In this document: piece after piece, positions 39,396-51,524 of the stretch
How positions within the stretch are numbered: the first letter of the stretch is position 1
How the letters are laid out: each line of letters opens with the position of its first letter
Source: Antedon mediterranea
Lineage: Eukaryota > Animalia > Echinodermata
Direction: 5' to 3'
DNA length: 64,000 nucleotides
NCBI RefSeq assembly: GCF_964355755.1
Contig: NC_092678.1
Span: 7,456,422-7,520,421 of the forward strand
Program-made: the position numbers and the translations under genes
The notes under the pieces: generated by a model
What the model was told of the DNA's origin: nothing
The model's input: the letters and a program-made list of their open reading frames with translations, nothing else
The model's database searches: none

Positions 39396-41475
39396 CAGAA
39401 GTATGGTTATCTTTGTCGTTGGCTTCCACTTTTATAACATAGACTGAGTTGTTGTTATTTTCCTGTACCACTCCAAAATACGGTAAGTTCAAAAACTGGG
39501 GTCGGTTATCATTCATATCAACCACTAAAATATTTACTGTCGTCCAGCTTTGTCTAGGTGGTTCACCCCCGTCTGTAGCAGTTATATTGAAAGCATGGCG
39601 GTCAATTATTTCACGATCTAACTCCGCAGCCGTAAAAATTTCTCCCGATGATTGATCAATGGTAAAATACGGATTGAATTTCATTGAGTATGTTACGTAA
39701 CCGTTTACGCCCGCGTCATTATCGGTAGCTCGTACCTGCAAAACGCGTTTGCCAACAGATTGATTTTCATACAAAAACGCATTATAAATCCAATTTTCAA
39801 AAAGAGGTGTGTTTCTGTTTATAATTTCAATAGTAATGTTACAAATAGACTCATGCACAGAGTCAGATGCCGACAATGTTATATCATACCTGCGAAGTTC
39901 AATTTGCTTAGAAACTAGAACTGAAACTCCATTTTCATTTGTAGATATCTTAAACACATTCCCCTTATTACCAAACTTAATTCGATACGAAATATCGCCG
40001 ACAGAGTCGACATCAGAAATTATCAGACGAGTGACCTCAGTTCCCAGAGTAGTGTCATGCAATTGTATTTTGTCTTGACAATTTTCAATCACAGGTTGAT
40101 TGTCATTGACATCTTTTATCAAGATACGCATGCGAACAATATACGGTGACTCACATTCCACCTGGATTTTAAAAACATAAAAATTAATAGTCTCTCTATC
40201 TAAACCAGATGTTGTAAACACTGATCCAGTCTTTTCATCTATTCGAAAAGGCAAGTCTTCACTAGAGTTCAACATATTATAACTTGAAACTTCCGCGTTA
40301 TAATCAAATTTGTGGATTTGGGAATTAGTGGGTGTGTCCTCTGGTATTGATAAATTAAACGAACTTTTGTATCTCTGAATGAAAGGTTTGTCCACATTAA
40401 CAGTTACTGACGTATCCTTCACGCGTAAAGCAAAACCAACATGTTGCGCGCGCACCAGCAGACGATAACTCATAAGATCATTTTCTAAATTATTTGTTAA
40501 ATATAATTCTCCACTAGATTGATTGATTTTAAAATAAATACTTCCATTAATGATATTATACGAGATGTTGGCTTTTTGATCAGACGGTTGCCACGACGTT
40601 GCCTTAACTTCTCCAATTTTCGAATCTTTTGTTGTGTTTTCAGAGATTGTCATTGTATAATTCACCGACAAAAACTTTGGTCTGACGTCATACACTGATA
40701 TCTTAACTTTGGTCCTAGACGTCTTTGGCGGGTTACCACCATCACTCCCTTCAATGATTAAAGTATAATCACCAATTCTATCAACACCAAATATCTTTTT
40801 GTTCGCGATTTCCCCGTTTCTTTTGCACCTGAATATCTTGTTCCTATGCAGTGGATTTAAGAGTCTGTACGTAACCTGCCCGTTTTCATCGTTGTCTTTA
40901 TCGGTTGCTTTGACGGTCAAAATCGTTGTTCCTTTACTAACTTCAAACGCAACCGAAGCTCTATATCGCAACTGCTCAAACACTGGTGTGTAAAAGTTTC
41001 CTACCGTTAAGACGTCAATAGTCAGAACTGCAAGCGCCATTGGCGATGTTAATGAATTGACGGCTGTAGCAGTAACTATGAATACATGCGTCTTTAAAAC
41101 ATCAACCCCTGGCTTACTAACCCGTATGACTCCAGTATTTGGTTCAACATAAAAATAATCTTTACTTAAGCCATTGTCTGTTCTAAGTTGATATGCTATT
41201 CCAGTATAATCACGAGACGGATCGTCCTCAACTACAGTTATTCTCCCGATTGTGTAACCTGGTTCAGCACTTGCTGGAATTGTAAAATTAAACCGATCAG
41301 AAGTAAAACGGATTTTGTAAATGTCATTACCAAAATCTTCTGAGCCGCTGCCGTCTGGGTCGAAATCCGTCAGCGTTCGATGTTCAGAGGTTTGACTGAA
41401 ATCAGGCGGTGAATAGCCATATGTAAACGGACAAAGATAACTAATCATAAAAACTAATACAAAGGTAAAATCCAT
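39396..41475 (-). CDS. Secreted CELSR-derived cadherin-repeat protein, exon 1 (signal peptide, EC1-EC6, start of EC7)
   Basis: ORF 39355..41544 opens on GTG. The ATG at 41475 has a strong context (gacacaATGG) and is followed by the hydrophobic signal peptide MDFTFVLVFMISYLCPFTYG. Cadherin repeats are collinear with the neighbouring CELSR exon 1. Donor TCT G|gtaaat at 39396/39395 (phase 1). Confidence 0.9.
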
Positions 41476-42639
41476 TGTGTCTTTGTAAACTCTACAACCA
41501 GATACACATGGTAGGCCTGTCAGCCTTGGCTCTTCTGAGCTCACTCGGGCCAGTTATCGTGGGGAATCAAATATTACAATGAGCATAGTTCACAATGACG
41601 GTTTAGATAGTCCTCTCCGGAAAAAAGCGCGCCATCTATTAACTTATTGGTCGATTATGATCGATCACTGCCGGCCTATTTCATAGAATCATGAGTCTAA
41701 AGTCGCAAAAATATTATACATGATGTTTGCATAAGAGTGTAAATCATTACAAAATAGAGCACAAGTCCACGGTGATGTGTCTATCTGTAGACCTAATTAT
41801 GTTTATGTTCCACACAAGTTGTATATAATTCAGCCAGTAAATGTGACGTGGATATAGGCCCCAACAAATATTGTGTAAAGTTCGGGTTACAAAGTTTATT
41901 TTATAAGCAGACGATCAGAAAATTCCCAGGCCCTACAGGAACCCATCGATTGATCTTTATTGTTTCCACCTGTGGTACTAGTAAATGTAGGGGCAACACG
42001 TTCCTTAGCTTCACTTGCTATTTTAGGCCAATAATAAACTTAAACGCTACCCAACGGAACAGTGAGTAATCGGTATCGGGTCGCAGTTCATATTTCCACA
42101 AATAGCAAGTATACGGTACATTTTAAAAATGTGATAACGAAAGGGACAATGCGTGAAAATTTCTAAAAATCTAAAAAAAAGTTCAACGTCACAATTAACA
42201 ATGCCATATACATGGCTGCAGTCGCGTGCTCAAATTTGAGTTAGTGTTTACCGACCAACCGACCGACCAACATAGTAAGCTGAGTATTGTAAATAGACAG
42301 CACACTGTAGATTGGTTTCGAACGCGCACAGTATTAGGCCTATTCATCGATATAATAAAAGATTTGAATAGAAGAAAACAACAAACAGCACATGTTACGA
42401 ATCAACCTGTCGAGTTGCACAAAAACCTCAACATGTTGTCACAAAAAGCTGACCGTTGATTAGTAGGCCTACTATCTTTAAAAGAGTTGAATAGATGAAA
42501 GTAACAAACGGCACGTATGATATACAAATTAACCAATCAAAGGTGGGAGAATAATCGTTGAATGAGGTGAACTTGGTGGAACATACTAAAATTACTCTCA
42601 ACGTCTTTCAAAAGATTGTGTGTTCCGTAATTAGTTGCG

Positions 42640-43860
42640 GAAAATTATTGAGTTTTAAACTTCATTAGAAATACGATGCGATACGACAAGAAAACCTATG
42701 GGGTAATAAGGAAATTGTTTGTAAAAACACTACTTTGTTTTATAAAACGTGGTGTAATGTAGGTTTCAATCAGATCAATGATTTAGTAAGAATCAATAGA
42801 CTAATGAACCCACATGAAATTTTATCAAAATTAAATGTCAAAAGAAACTGGCTTAGTGAATATGCTACACTTATGCAAGCTATTCCTAAAGGTTGGCTGG
42901 ATTTAATAAAAAATTATAATGGAGATAGTGTTAAATTAAATTCAGATGATTATAAAATAAATAAGATATTTCAGATGAAAACAAAACAGATATATTAAAG
43001 TTTTATAGAAGGTATGTTTGTTGCTCCTATTACTATGGGAAAAGAAATTGATATTGAAATTACAAACTGGTTTGATATTTGGTCAAGAAAAGTAAAAAAT
43101 GAGAAAAACAAAAAATATGCACAACTTAATTACAAATTGCTTCTTAGAATTTTACCAACAAATTTACAATTATATAAATGGATTTTAAGAACACAAAAAA
43201 ATGTGAGTTATGTGATGTAACTGAGGATGAAAAGCACATGTTTTTCAAATGTAAAAGCAATGTCTTATTATGGAAAAAAATCAATGAAATATTTAAAAAG
43301 TTAGATAATAGTAACTGTTCTTTTGAAGAACTTGTTTTTGGGTCTGAATGCAACATAAAAAATAAGTTATACTCAATTGCTCTATATTCTATATATAAAA
43401 TAAAAATATTGTCAGAATTAAATAAGTCAGTCTGTAAAAACTCATGGATAATGTTTAAAAATATACTTACACAAGAGTATACCATGAATGTATTTTATTA
43501 ATTTTTTATTTTGAAGGTTACTGTAAATAAAGTAATTTGTACAAAAATGTAAATAGTGCAAATAAAACAGAAAAAAGAGAAAAAAAGAGAAAAACAATAA
43601 AAAGAAGAGTAAAAAAAAAAGAGCATGGCAAATTCTATACTCTACAAGCAACTGGTTATTGAGTTGCTTTTGATTTTCCATATTTATTGATATTGTTTTC
43701 AGTTTATATGTAATGTAAATGTATAAATGATATCTTGCAGAGTTTTTTTAAGATGTAAGGGGAAACTTTATGTCTATGAATGAAAATAGTACATATTTAA
43801 AAAGATAATATACAAACATAATACAATTGTTTATTTATGTTTTGAAATGAAATAAAGGTG
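42640..43860 (+). mobile_element. 5'-truncated, frameshifted L1/Tx1-clade LINE (ORF2 C-terminus with CCHC zinc finger, plus 3' UTR)
   Basis: Consecutive fragments LWGNKEI...LFYKTWCNVGFNQINDL...LMQAIPKGW, then W..IW...QLNYKLLLRILPTN..LYKW, then KCELCDVTEDEKHMFFKC....LW. These are typical of the post-RT region of L1/Tx1 ORF2. Confidence 0.85.
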
Positions 43861-45133
43861 AGTGAACCTCACAAAAGAGAAAAAAATACGATTTTTATTT
43901 TTTAGACACATATTATTCTATATTTTGTATTACGTATCAATACTATCTTTTACACTCAACAATAGACCCATTACAGTCGTACTGAGTACGGTAATTCATA
44001 TGGCGTGTGGGGTTTCTTCTTTTTCCCATTGGATCTGTCAAACTTCAGCAAGCAAAGACAACTTAAATACGGCATGCGATGGGCCACATCTGTAAGCTCA
44101 ACGACCCAATATTATCAAGCAAGTGTGTAACGTATAATTCCACTTTACGTAGAGCCGACCCATGTAAACAACACTGTATATAGTAGGCCTATAATGATTC
44201 ATTTTTTACTCTTGCTAGGCCAAATATGACATTAAACGTCCGACTGCCATCAAAATTAAAGTCACCTGCAGGTGTTATGTTGTTTTTGCACCTGGGACAA
44301 AGGTGTTCCGGCGGTAAGAGAAACAAATCTTTGCAATTCATTAAGTAGAATGACCATAAAAACTCTGGCCTAGATTAAGCATATCGGAACACCGCTAATC
44401 GAATTTTATCCAATGTGGTAAACAAGGTAGACGTTTTCGTTCTGGATAATAGTATTTTCTAATGTTATTTATAGCGATAAAGCAACGATCGAAAGATCTT
44501 TGACAGTCCGACTATTATCTAAGCGAATTTGACCTAAAGTTTAGGATGTATAATGACCGACTGTTGAATGACATCTTAATGTCACAAAATAGCTATTTAA
44601 TTTGACCAAACATTGGATTAAAACAATTATTTACCTAAAAAACTGTATTTAAAGCAAAGAAATCAAATTTAGACAATACAGTTTTGGTTAAATTTAACCG
44701 TTTAGGCCTATTTTGTCCTTTTATAAGTAAAATCATTACGGTATTGTTCGTGTTATTTTCGGATCGGAATAAGTTATTAAAACTGAAATATTTATTTAAA
44801 GTCCTAAGTGTATTATTCTTTATTTTCCATGTTGTTGGGGAACCGATACATCTTTGAACATGTTTTAGCAAATGTAGGATAACAGGTAGAAGTGAAAAAT
44901 GGTTAATTTCAAATGGCATTTTTTGTTAAAACGATTTAATGTCAATTTTTTTAGATTATTATCTGGGTTGATGCCATTCTTTGAAATAAAATATAATAAC
45001 GTTAGGCCTATATTTGTTTATTTTAAAAATACGCTTATTAATCGGAACCAGATAAATGTATTCCTGATATTGAATATGAATTATAGTAGGCCTAAAATTT
45101 AAGTGATACACTATTTAAAATTGAACAAACGGT

Positions 45134-45218
45134 ATATTAAAAGTATAGATGTTAATATTAAAAGTAAAGATGTTAATATTAAAAGTAAATATATTAATAT
45201 TAAAAGTAAAGATGTTAA
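45134..45218. repeat. 21-bp tandem repeat x4
   Basis: atattaaaagtaaagatgtta units. Confidence 0.85.
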
Positions 45219-45554
45219 GGCGCGTTGATGGTATCAAAATAAGTTGGAAAATAAACTTAAGTTAAAAGTTGGAAACAGTCCCTGCAAAATTAACTGTGTA
45301 GTATTCAAAAGTTATGTTTTATCCTTTAGCAAAACTCCAACAGGAAATTATGATATTAAGGTATAGTTTAACCATGGAGGTATCGGATACATTTATATTT
45401 TGGCAATTGAATATTATACTGTAACTACTACTACTAAAAGACAGACAACAAATTCACTCAAAAACAACGGAAGTAATTACTGTTGTTGTCAAAAACACTA
45501 ACAATCAACGGAACCATTTTGCATTATACACATCCCAATCTGAACAACTGACAG

Positions 45555-45765
45555 ATTGATTGATTGATGAGTCATTGATTGATTGGCTATTGATTGATTG
45601 ATGAGCCATTATTGATTGGCTATTGATTGATGATCCATTGATTTATTGGCTATTGATTGGCTGATGACTGATAAGCCATTGATTGGTGAGCCATTTATTT
45701 ATTGATTATTAATTAATTCAATTGATAATTGAACCAATGATTGGTGAGACATTTTATTACAACTG
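45555..45765. repeat. Degenerate (ATTG)n microsatellite
   Basis: attgattgattg and attggct runs. Confidence 0.85.
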
Positions 45766-47194
45766 GACACAAACAACTTTATTATTCACACATATGGCAC
45801 AAGGCAGCCTTGCTTTTATTCTTAATATTAACATACTGTATTTAACAATAACACTTATCATATTTATCAATATTTCTTTCTTTCCAAAACTATCTTGAGC
45901 CTTTATTTACAAATTAAGCTATCTCTGTTTACTCTTAAAACATTATAAGCAATATACAAATATTTACAAAATAATACACGATATTAAAATATACTGCATA
46001 TCTTGAATGGCGAATGAACAGGCAAGTTTGTCGAATACGATTTTTAACACATAGCCAAAAAAATCGGACTTTATATGAGAAACTGACCTAAAATAGTAAA
46101 CGATAACATGATTTATAAGAAATCATAGTACATGTTTTATTTATTTTTTAATTTGCTTACAATAGGCATATAAATAAAAATAACATAAACAAAGATAAAG
46201 TCAATTTATTATCATCGTTTTTGTTTTATTATTATTTTTAAAATTATTTTTTATTATTTTAAGTCGTAAATTTTATTAGTTTATAAATGTGTATGGCAAT
46301 TAATATATCATTTATCTATTTTTAAATTGTTTCTGGGGTCTTTCTCGAGAAACTTCATTTCTTCTAGAAAAGACCCCAAATGATGGTTTGTTACGATGTT
46401 TATTTAAATAAACAACTATGTTTAACTGTACAATAATATGCCATTATTGAATAAATAAATGTTTTTTTAACTTGAACTTAAAATAAAATCAAGCCCTGTT
46501 AAATATTTACACTTACATTTTTGTATAGGTCTAATCTAACAATTTATGTTTATTTAATGGATGTAATGGAAAGGAGGCAAATAAATAAATAGGCTATGTA
46601 AACGATACCGTCAATTATTAAACTTTACATCTTAAAATTCTGGGTACAATTCGTTTTTAAATTATGAAGAATATTTTATAGATAGTTTTAATTATAAATG
46701 ATTTTAAAACTTAAAATTGCAATCAAATAGGGAAAGGTATACTCTAGAAGCCGGATCATACACGGGTCGTTGTTATTTACTTACTCCATAACATTCAAAA
46801 TCAAGGAGTTTTGATAAATTCAAACTGACAAGAAAAACAGTAAAAAAGGATTTGTTAAATATAGTGCCAATTTTCAAAGTTCACTCTCCTTCTGTTTGTA
46901 CTTTAAAGTCTGTGGTTCAATGTGGATTATAAGATAAATATTTGTCAGGAGATGAAGCTTACCTTACATTTAAATAAATCGTTTTCTAAAACTATCGCAA
47001 CATATTAAAATGATAAGCTGATAACGCATTGTTTTTAACTACTTTACGGTTAATGTTGAGGAACCCATCAATATCAATTGTTGATATTAGGATTTAGCTG
47101 CAGAATCCAGCGATTAGACCCTAATTACACGTAATGATAAATTGAATAGGCCTACACTTTCAAATTAGGATGGTGTTCGGGTGAATAAAATATA

Positions 47195-47394
47195 TTTTTG
47201 TTTGCATACGCATCCAACAGCGAGTAACTCGTCAATTACAGGATGGATAAACTATTTCATAATTTTTCATTTGAGACTTAGGGAGTGGAGTTGAAAGAGT
47301 CGTGAGTTACAACCCTTGCACTATTAGATCAGGATTGAACCCTGGACCTTGGGATTGAAGCCAAGCATGTTAACCACCAAGCTACAGCTCCACT
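47195..47394 (-). mobile_element. tRNA-derived SINE, copy 2
   Basis: The reverse complement reads agtggagctgTAGCTTGGTGGttaacatgcttggcttcaatcccaaggtccagGGTTCAATCC...cacgactc...gctgttggatgcgtatg, which matches copy 1. Confidence 0.78.
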
Positions 47395-49004
47395 AAAAAA
47401 GAAAATGTGTCCAGTAGTTTATAAAAAATAAAAATGAATTATAATATGAACATTGTTTAGAAAAGAAAACTCCAAATTAGGCTATATGGGTTATTTTTAT
47501 AATTTCAAATATTAACACATTTTTAAAGTTATTATTTCTATTTCTATCATTTTTATTTTTTCTTTTTTGTCTTATATTTAAAAACAAACATTTAGTTTAA
47601 GTTTATATTTCTTATTTTGCATTGATTTAGATAAACTCTTACTATATTGTATTGCTTTAGCATTTTGATTATTTTCACATCAACCCAATGTAAGAACTTG
47701 ATTAATCTTCTTTGGCGGTCTTTCAGTTTCCATCATCTACTTTCATTATTCTAATTTAATCTAGGCCTACTAATCTCATTATGTTGGGTTTCTTTTCCAT
47801 TTATAGATACCTTTCGGCCCGACCTAGTACAAAAAAATACGCAGATATCGCGTTATCAGACATACACTGCGCACGCTCAGAACCCAACGAAAAGTCAATC
47901 TGAATTTGAAAACGCCATTATACTAGAACTTCTTAACCTTCGACATCGAAATAATATCTATTATACAAATTGTTATTATTATTGGTATTCTTTGACTTCT
48001 TCGAGTATGCATATATATTTCAATTGCTGATACTGTTCTTGATATTCATATTGATATATATAATACGATATACCAGGAAAGAGTGAAATTACTCTGATTA
48101 ATTTTACTTTCATTAATTTCACTCTTGCCTGGATATACTATATATATACTATTCCTATATTATATTATGTTAAAGGAAACAAATACATTTTTATTTGAAA
48201 TGAAATCAAATAAATGCTGAAAAATAATTAATAAAAATCAGGAAAAAAAATTTAAAATAAACAAGACAAAAAAAGACAAAACAAAAATATTTAAAAAATA
48301 AACAAAATAGACAACACAGAATCGGTATAAATTCACAAACAATAATGTTTGTTTTAACTTCAAATTTAAAATTTCAAACATGTGGTAAAAATAATTTTGA
48401 AAGCATCGCTCGAAGCATTAGATTTAGCTATCTGTCAGAGGAAGCACATTTTAAAATAAAAAAATCTTTACTCAATAGCGTTAAATTTTATTTCCTACAA
48501 AATTGACATTATTGGTAACTTTTTGGCAGCGTGTACATTTTTAAAGCTTAAATCGACATAATGAAAGAACCAGGCAGATTGTACTAAACTGTGTTGGCAT
48601 GTTTAACAGACTCAATAATGTTTACAATTTTTTTTTTTTTTAGTAATAATGTATGTTGGTTTAAAAACAAGAAAATAATAATATTGGATAATCATCTAAA
48701 GCAAAATTTCTGATTACAAGACTGGAATTCATTGAATAAATTATTTACATTCATTCCTACATTTTGGACATGTGATAAAACTCACAAAAGTAGTATAAGT
48801 GTTTACATAAGAAAAATAACATGTACGTGTTATAACAAACATTTAAAGTAACTTTGCAATTAAAGTGTTCATCAAAACTAGAAATAATAATATAATTGGC
48901 AAAGTTTATCCACAAATCTAAAACTATTGAACTCAACTCCATGCATGAAAAAAAAAATAGCCTATACCTCTGAATGAGCAGTTATGTAAAGATAATTTAT
49001 TCTT

Positions 49005-49210
49005 TAGGATGAGCCTATACTATAGGGTTAGCCACCTATATCAAGGGTGAGCCTAAACTTTAGCTGAGCTGAGCTGAGCCTGCACTAGACTTAGGTGAGT
49101 CTATACTTCAGGTTGAGCCTACAAATCAGGGTTAGCCTAGGCCCTATACCTCAAGGTGAGCCTACACTTTATGATGACCCTATACTTTATGTTTCAGTGT
49201 AGGCTTATAC
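49005..49210. repeat. Degenerate 21-bp tandem repeat in the presumed 3' UTR of the actin-like gene
   Basis: ggtgagcctatactt-like units recur. Confidence 0.7.
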
Positions 49211-49279
49211 ATTATACTGTACTGTCTTATGCCCATGTTAGTACACTACAGGTCTATATAAACACAAATTGAAAATATT

Positions 49280-49426
49280 CTAATCGCCAAGCCATTTGGT
49301 GATACTTGTTGGTCCGAGTTCTCTCCATTCCTCTTTGCTAATGCTCATGGTATCAAACACGGACAGTGGTGCTAAAATGGTAGCACCATTGTATGCTGCA
49401 TGATATCGCTCTTGCGCTGCATGGAC
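49280..49426 (-). CDS. Actin-like domain terminal exon I with stop codon
   Basis: catgcaccag|GTC...TAG, 147 nt: VHAAQERYHAAYNGATILAPLSVFDTMSISKEEWRELGPTSITKWLGD* (actin [42 protein letters not shown]). Confidence 0.92.
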   Translation of the reverse strand, partial: VHAAQERYHAAYNGATILAPLSVFDTMSISKEEWRELGPTSITKWLGD

Positions 49427-51524
49427 CTGGTGCATGGAAAGTTAAAGAAACAAAAAGAACAATTAACAATAATTAGTAATGAAACAACAAATGAATGTGT
49501 CCTAATTAAATTTGATGTGATACAAACAAAATCAAAGTGTAAATTTAAACGTGCAGCTTGGTCTTTTGGAAAGTTAGACAATACAAATTAGTAATGCAAC
49601 TACAATGAACGTGATTTCAATTTAACACAAGACCATAAAAAGTACAGTAATTAAAAAAAAAACAACTTAGCAGTTAAGTGCATGATGTGAAGTTAATTAT
49701 AAACAAATAATTAATTAATAATTTCTATTTAAAAAGAAATACTACTGAATATATAGAAATTAAAAGTATAAAGTTGATTAAAATTATGAAACATTGATAC
49801 AAATAATGTAATGTAAAGTTTAAAAAATAAATTAACAACAATATTTTATGGTTAATGATTAGTTATCTTTACACTATCTCCTCTTATTATGTTATATGAA
49901 TGTTATAATTAGGTTATATGCATGATAATGCATCTTGATTCTCTCAGGATCTTTATTTTAATCTTGAAATTAAAACATTGATGAGTACGAAAATGTGATC
50001 TTAGAATTAATTTTTGTTGGTAGAGTTAAAATTAATGTTTGTTGGTATAGTTATTATTGCAAGTGAGAAAAGCAATTAAGTGCAGTCACAAGCCACATAA
50101 GTCAGTGCCAACACCCTTCTAAATCTAATTTTTAAAAACCCACCACGCCCACCTTTCTAAATCAATATAGACTAAAAAAAAACCGTCCTCAATTTGCCCA
50201 ATGGAAAGATGTCAAAATGTTATTACTAGGCTGGTGCTAGTCATCTCGTACCCTTGGCAGCTTGTACCCAACTTACATTACAAATACCAAAATACTAGGT
50301 ATGTTTGTTAGGCATGCTACATTACTATGTTATTGCTTATAGCCTATGGAAACTACAAAGAAAAAATCACCATGGGAAAGATAGCATGACCAAGATCGAG
50401 GTCACTCAGATGAATAAACTGGGTTTTGATTTTCCAAACTAGATCCGTATGTATGAATCTGGAACAGCGATCATTATTTAAGATTGCTTCCTGGGTTTAA
50501 TATAATTGTCTTTCCCCAAAACTAGGTCATGGCCATCACAGATTATTAAATATCCCAACTTATTTCAATAAAGAACTAAATCCATTAGGATGCGTAGAAG
50601 AGTTTACTAAAAGGTTAATTTACTAGGAAATCCATTGTAAAATATTTAATAACTGTCTTGTTTTAGATGCTGATTGTTTTGTGTTATTATTACAACCATA
50701 GAGATAACATCATAAACTAGAGGGAAAACTAGGTAGATATGGCCAACAAAATTTATCAAATGCATTGTATTTAATTTCCACAATTTAGAAATGTGAGAGG
50801 GCCTTGATTCCCTGTGTAAGGTACTTTAAAAAAAAAAACAATTTTTTTGGTAAATCACATCAGATAAGTACTCTATTTTTGTCGTTTCATTCCATTTTTT
50901 AACAGAGTATTTTTTACATAATTTTTGTTTCTTTTTTTTTTGTTTTTAGAAGATTTACAAGATGATTTGCTATTTATAAATAATAATATTTCATGAGGAA
51001 CAAAATTAAAAACATATTTGTATCAATAGAATGCAGTTTTAATAACCCTATTTCAATAATGAGAATGGTAAAAATCTTAGGTTTTGCCTGATATGAGGTT
51101 CATTTCAAACCGTCAGATAGAGCATAGGTTTTATAGTTTAATATATCTTTCTATGGGCGGCAAATGGTGTATGGAAATTTCTTACATATACAGTATTGTC
51201 ACAATCGCAACAACCAATTTACAACATGAGGTAAAATTGAGTACAAAAGTGTTCTCATTAAATCCCAGTTTTTGTATGCTACAATATCAAGAAATGATCT
51301 TTCCAAACCTACTGAGCTTAATTATGCCACAGTGAAAGTGATTTCAGTACAATAAATATAGTTATTTCAGTAGAATAATGTTTACACGACCTTTTATGTA
51401 TGATGTTTGCATGCAACTCTTCCCCACCCCCATCCCCCTATTACAAACTCTAATCAATAAGTTTACTGATAGTAGAAATCAAAATAAATTGGATGGTTAC
51501 TTTTAAAACATGTTATTTATTTAC

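Noticed and set aside
43442-43681. Hydrophobic ORF resembling a membrane peptide
   Set aside because: It is the translation of the low-complexity A-rich LINE 3' UTR on the opposite strand.
47860-47920. NRF1-like (tgcgcacgc) and YY1-like (cgccatt) motifs as a promoter
   Set aside because: These are short imperfect matches with no associated exon identified.
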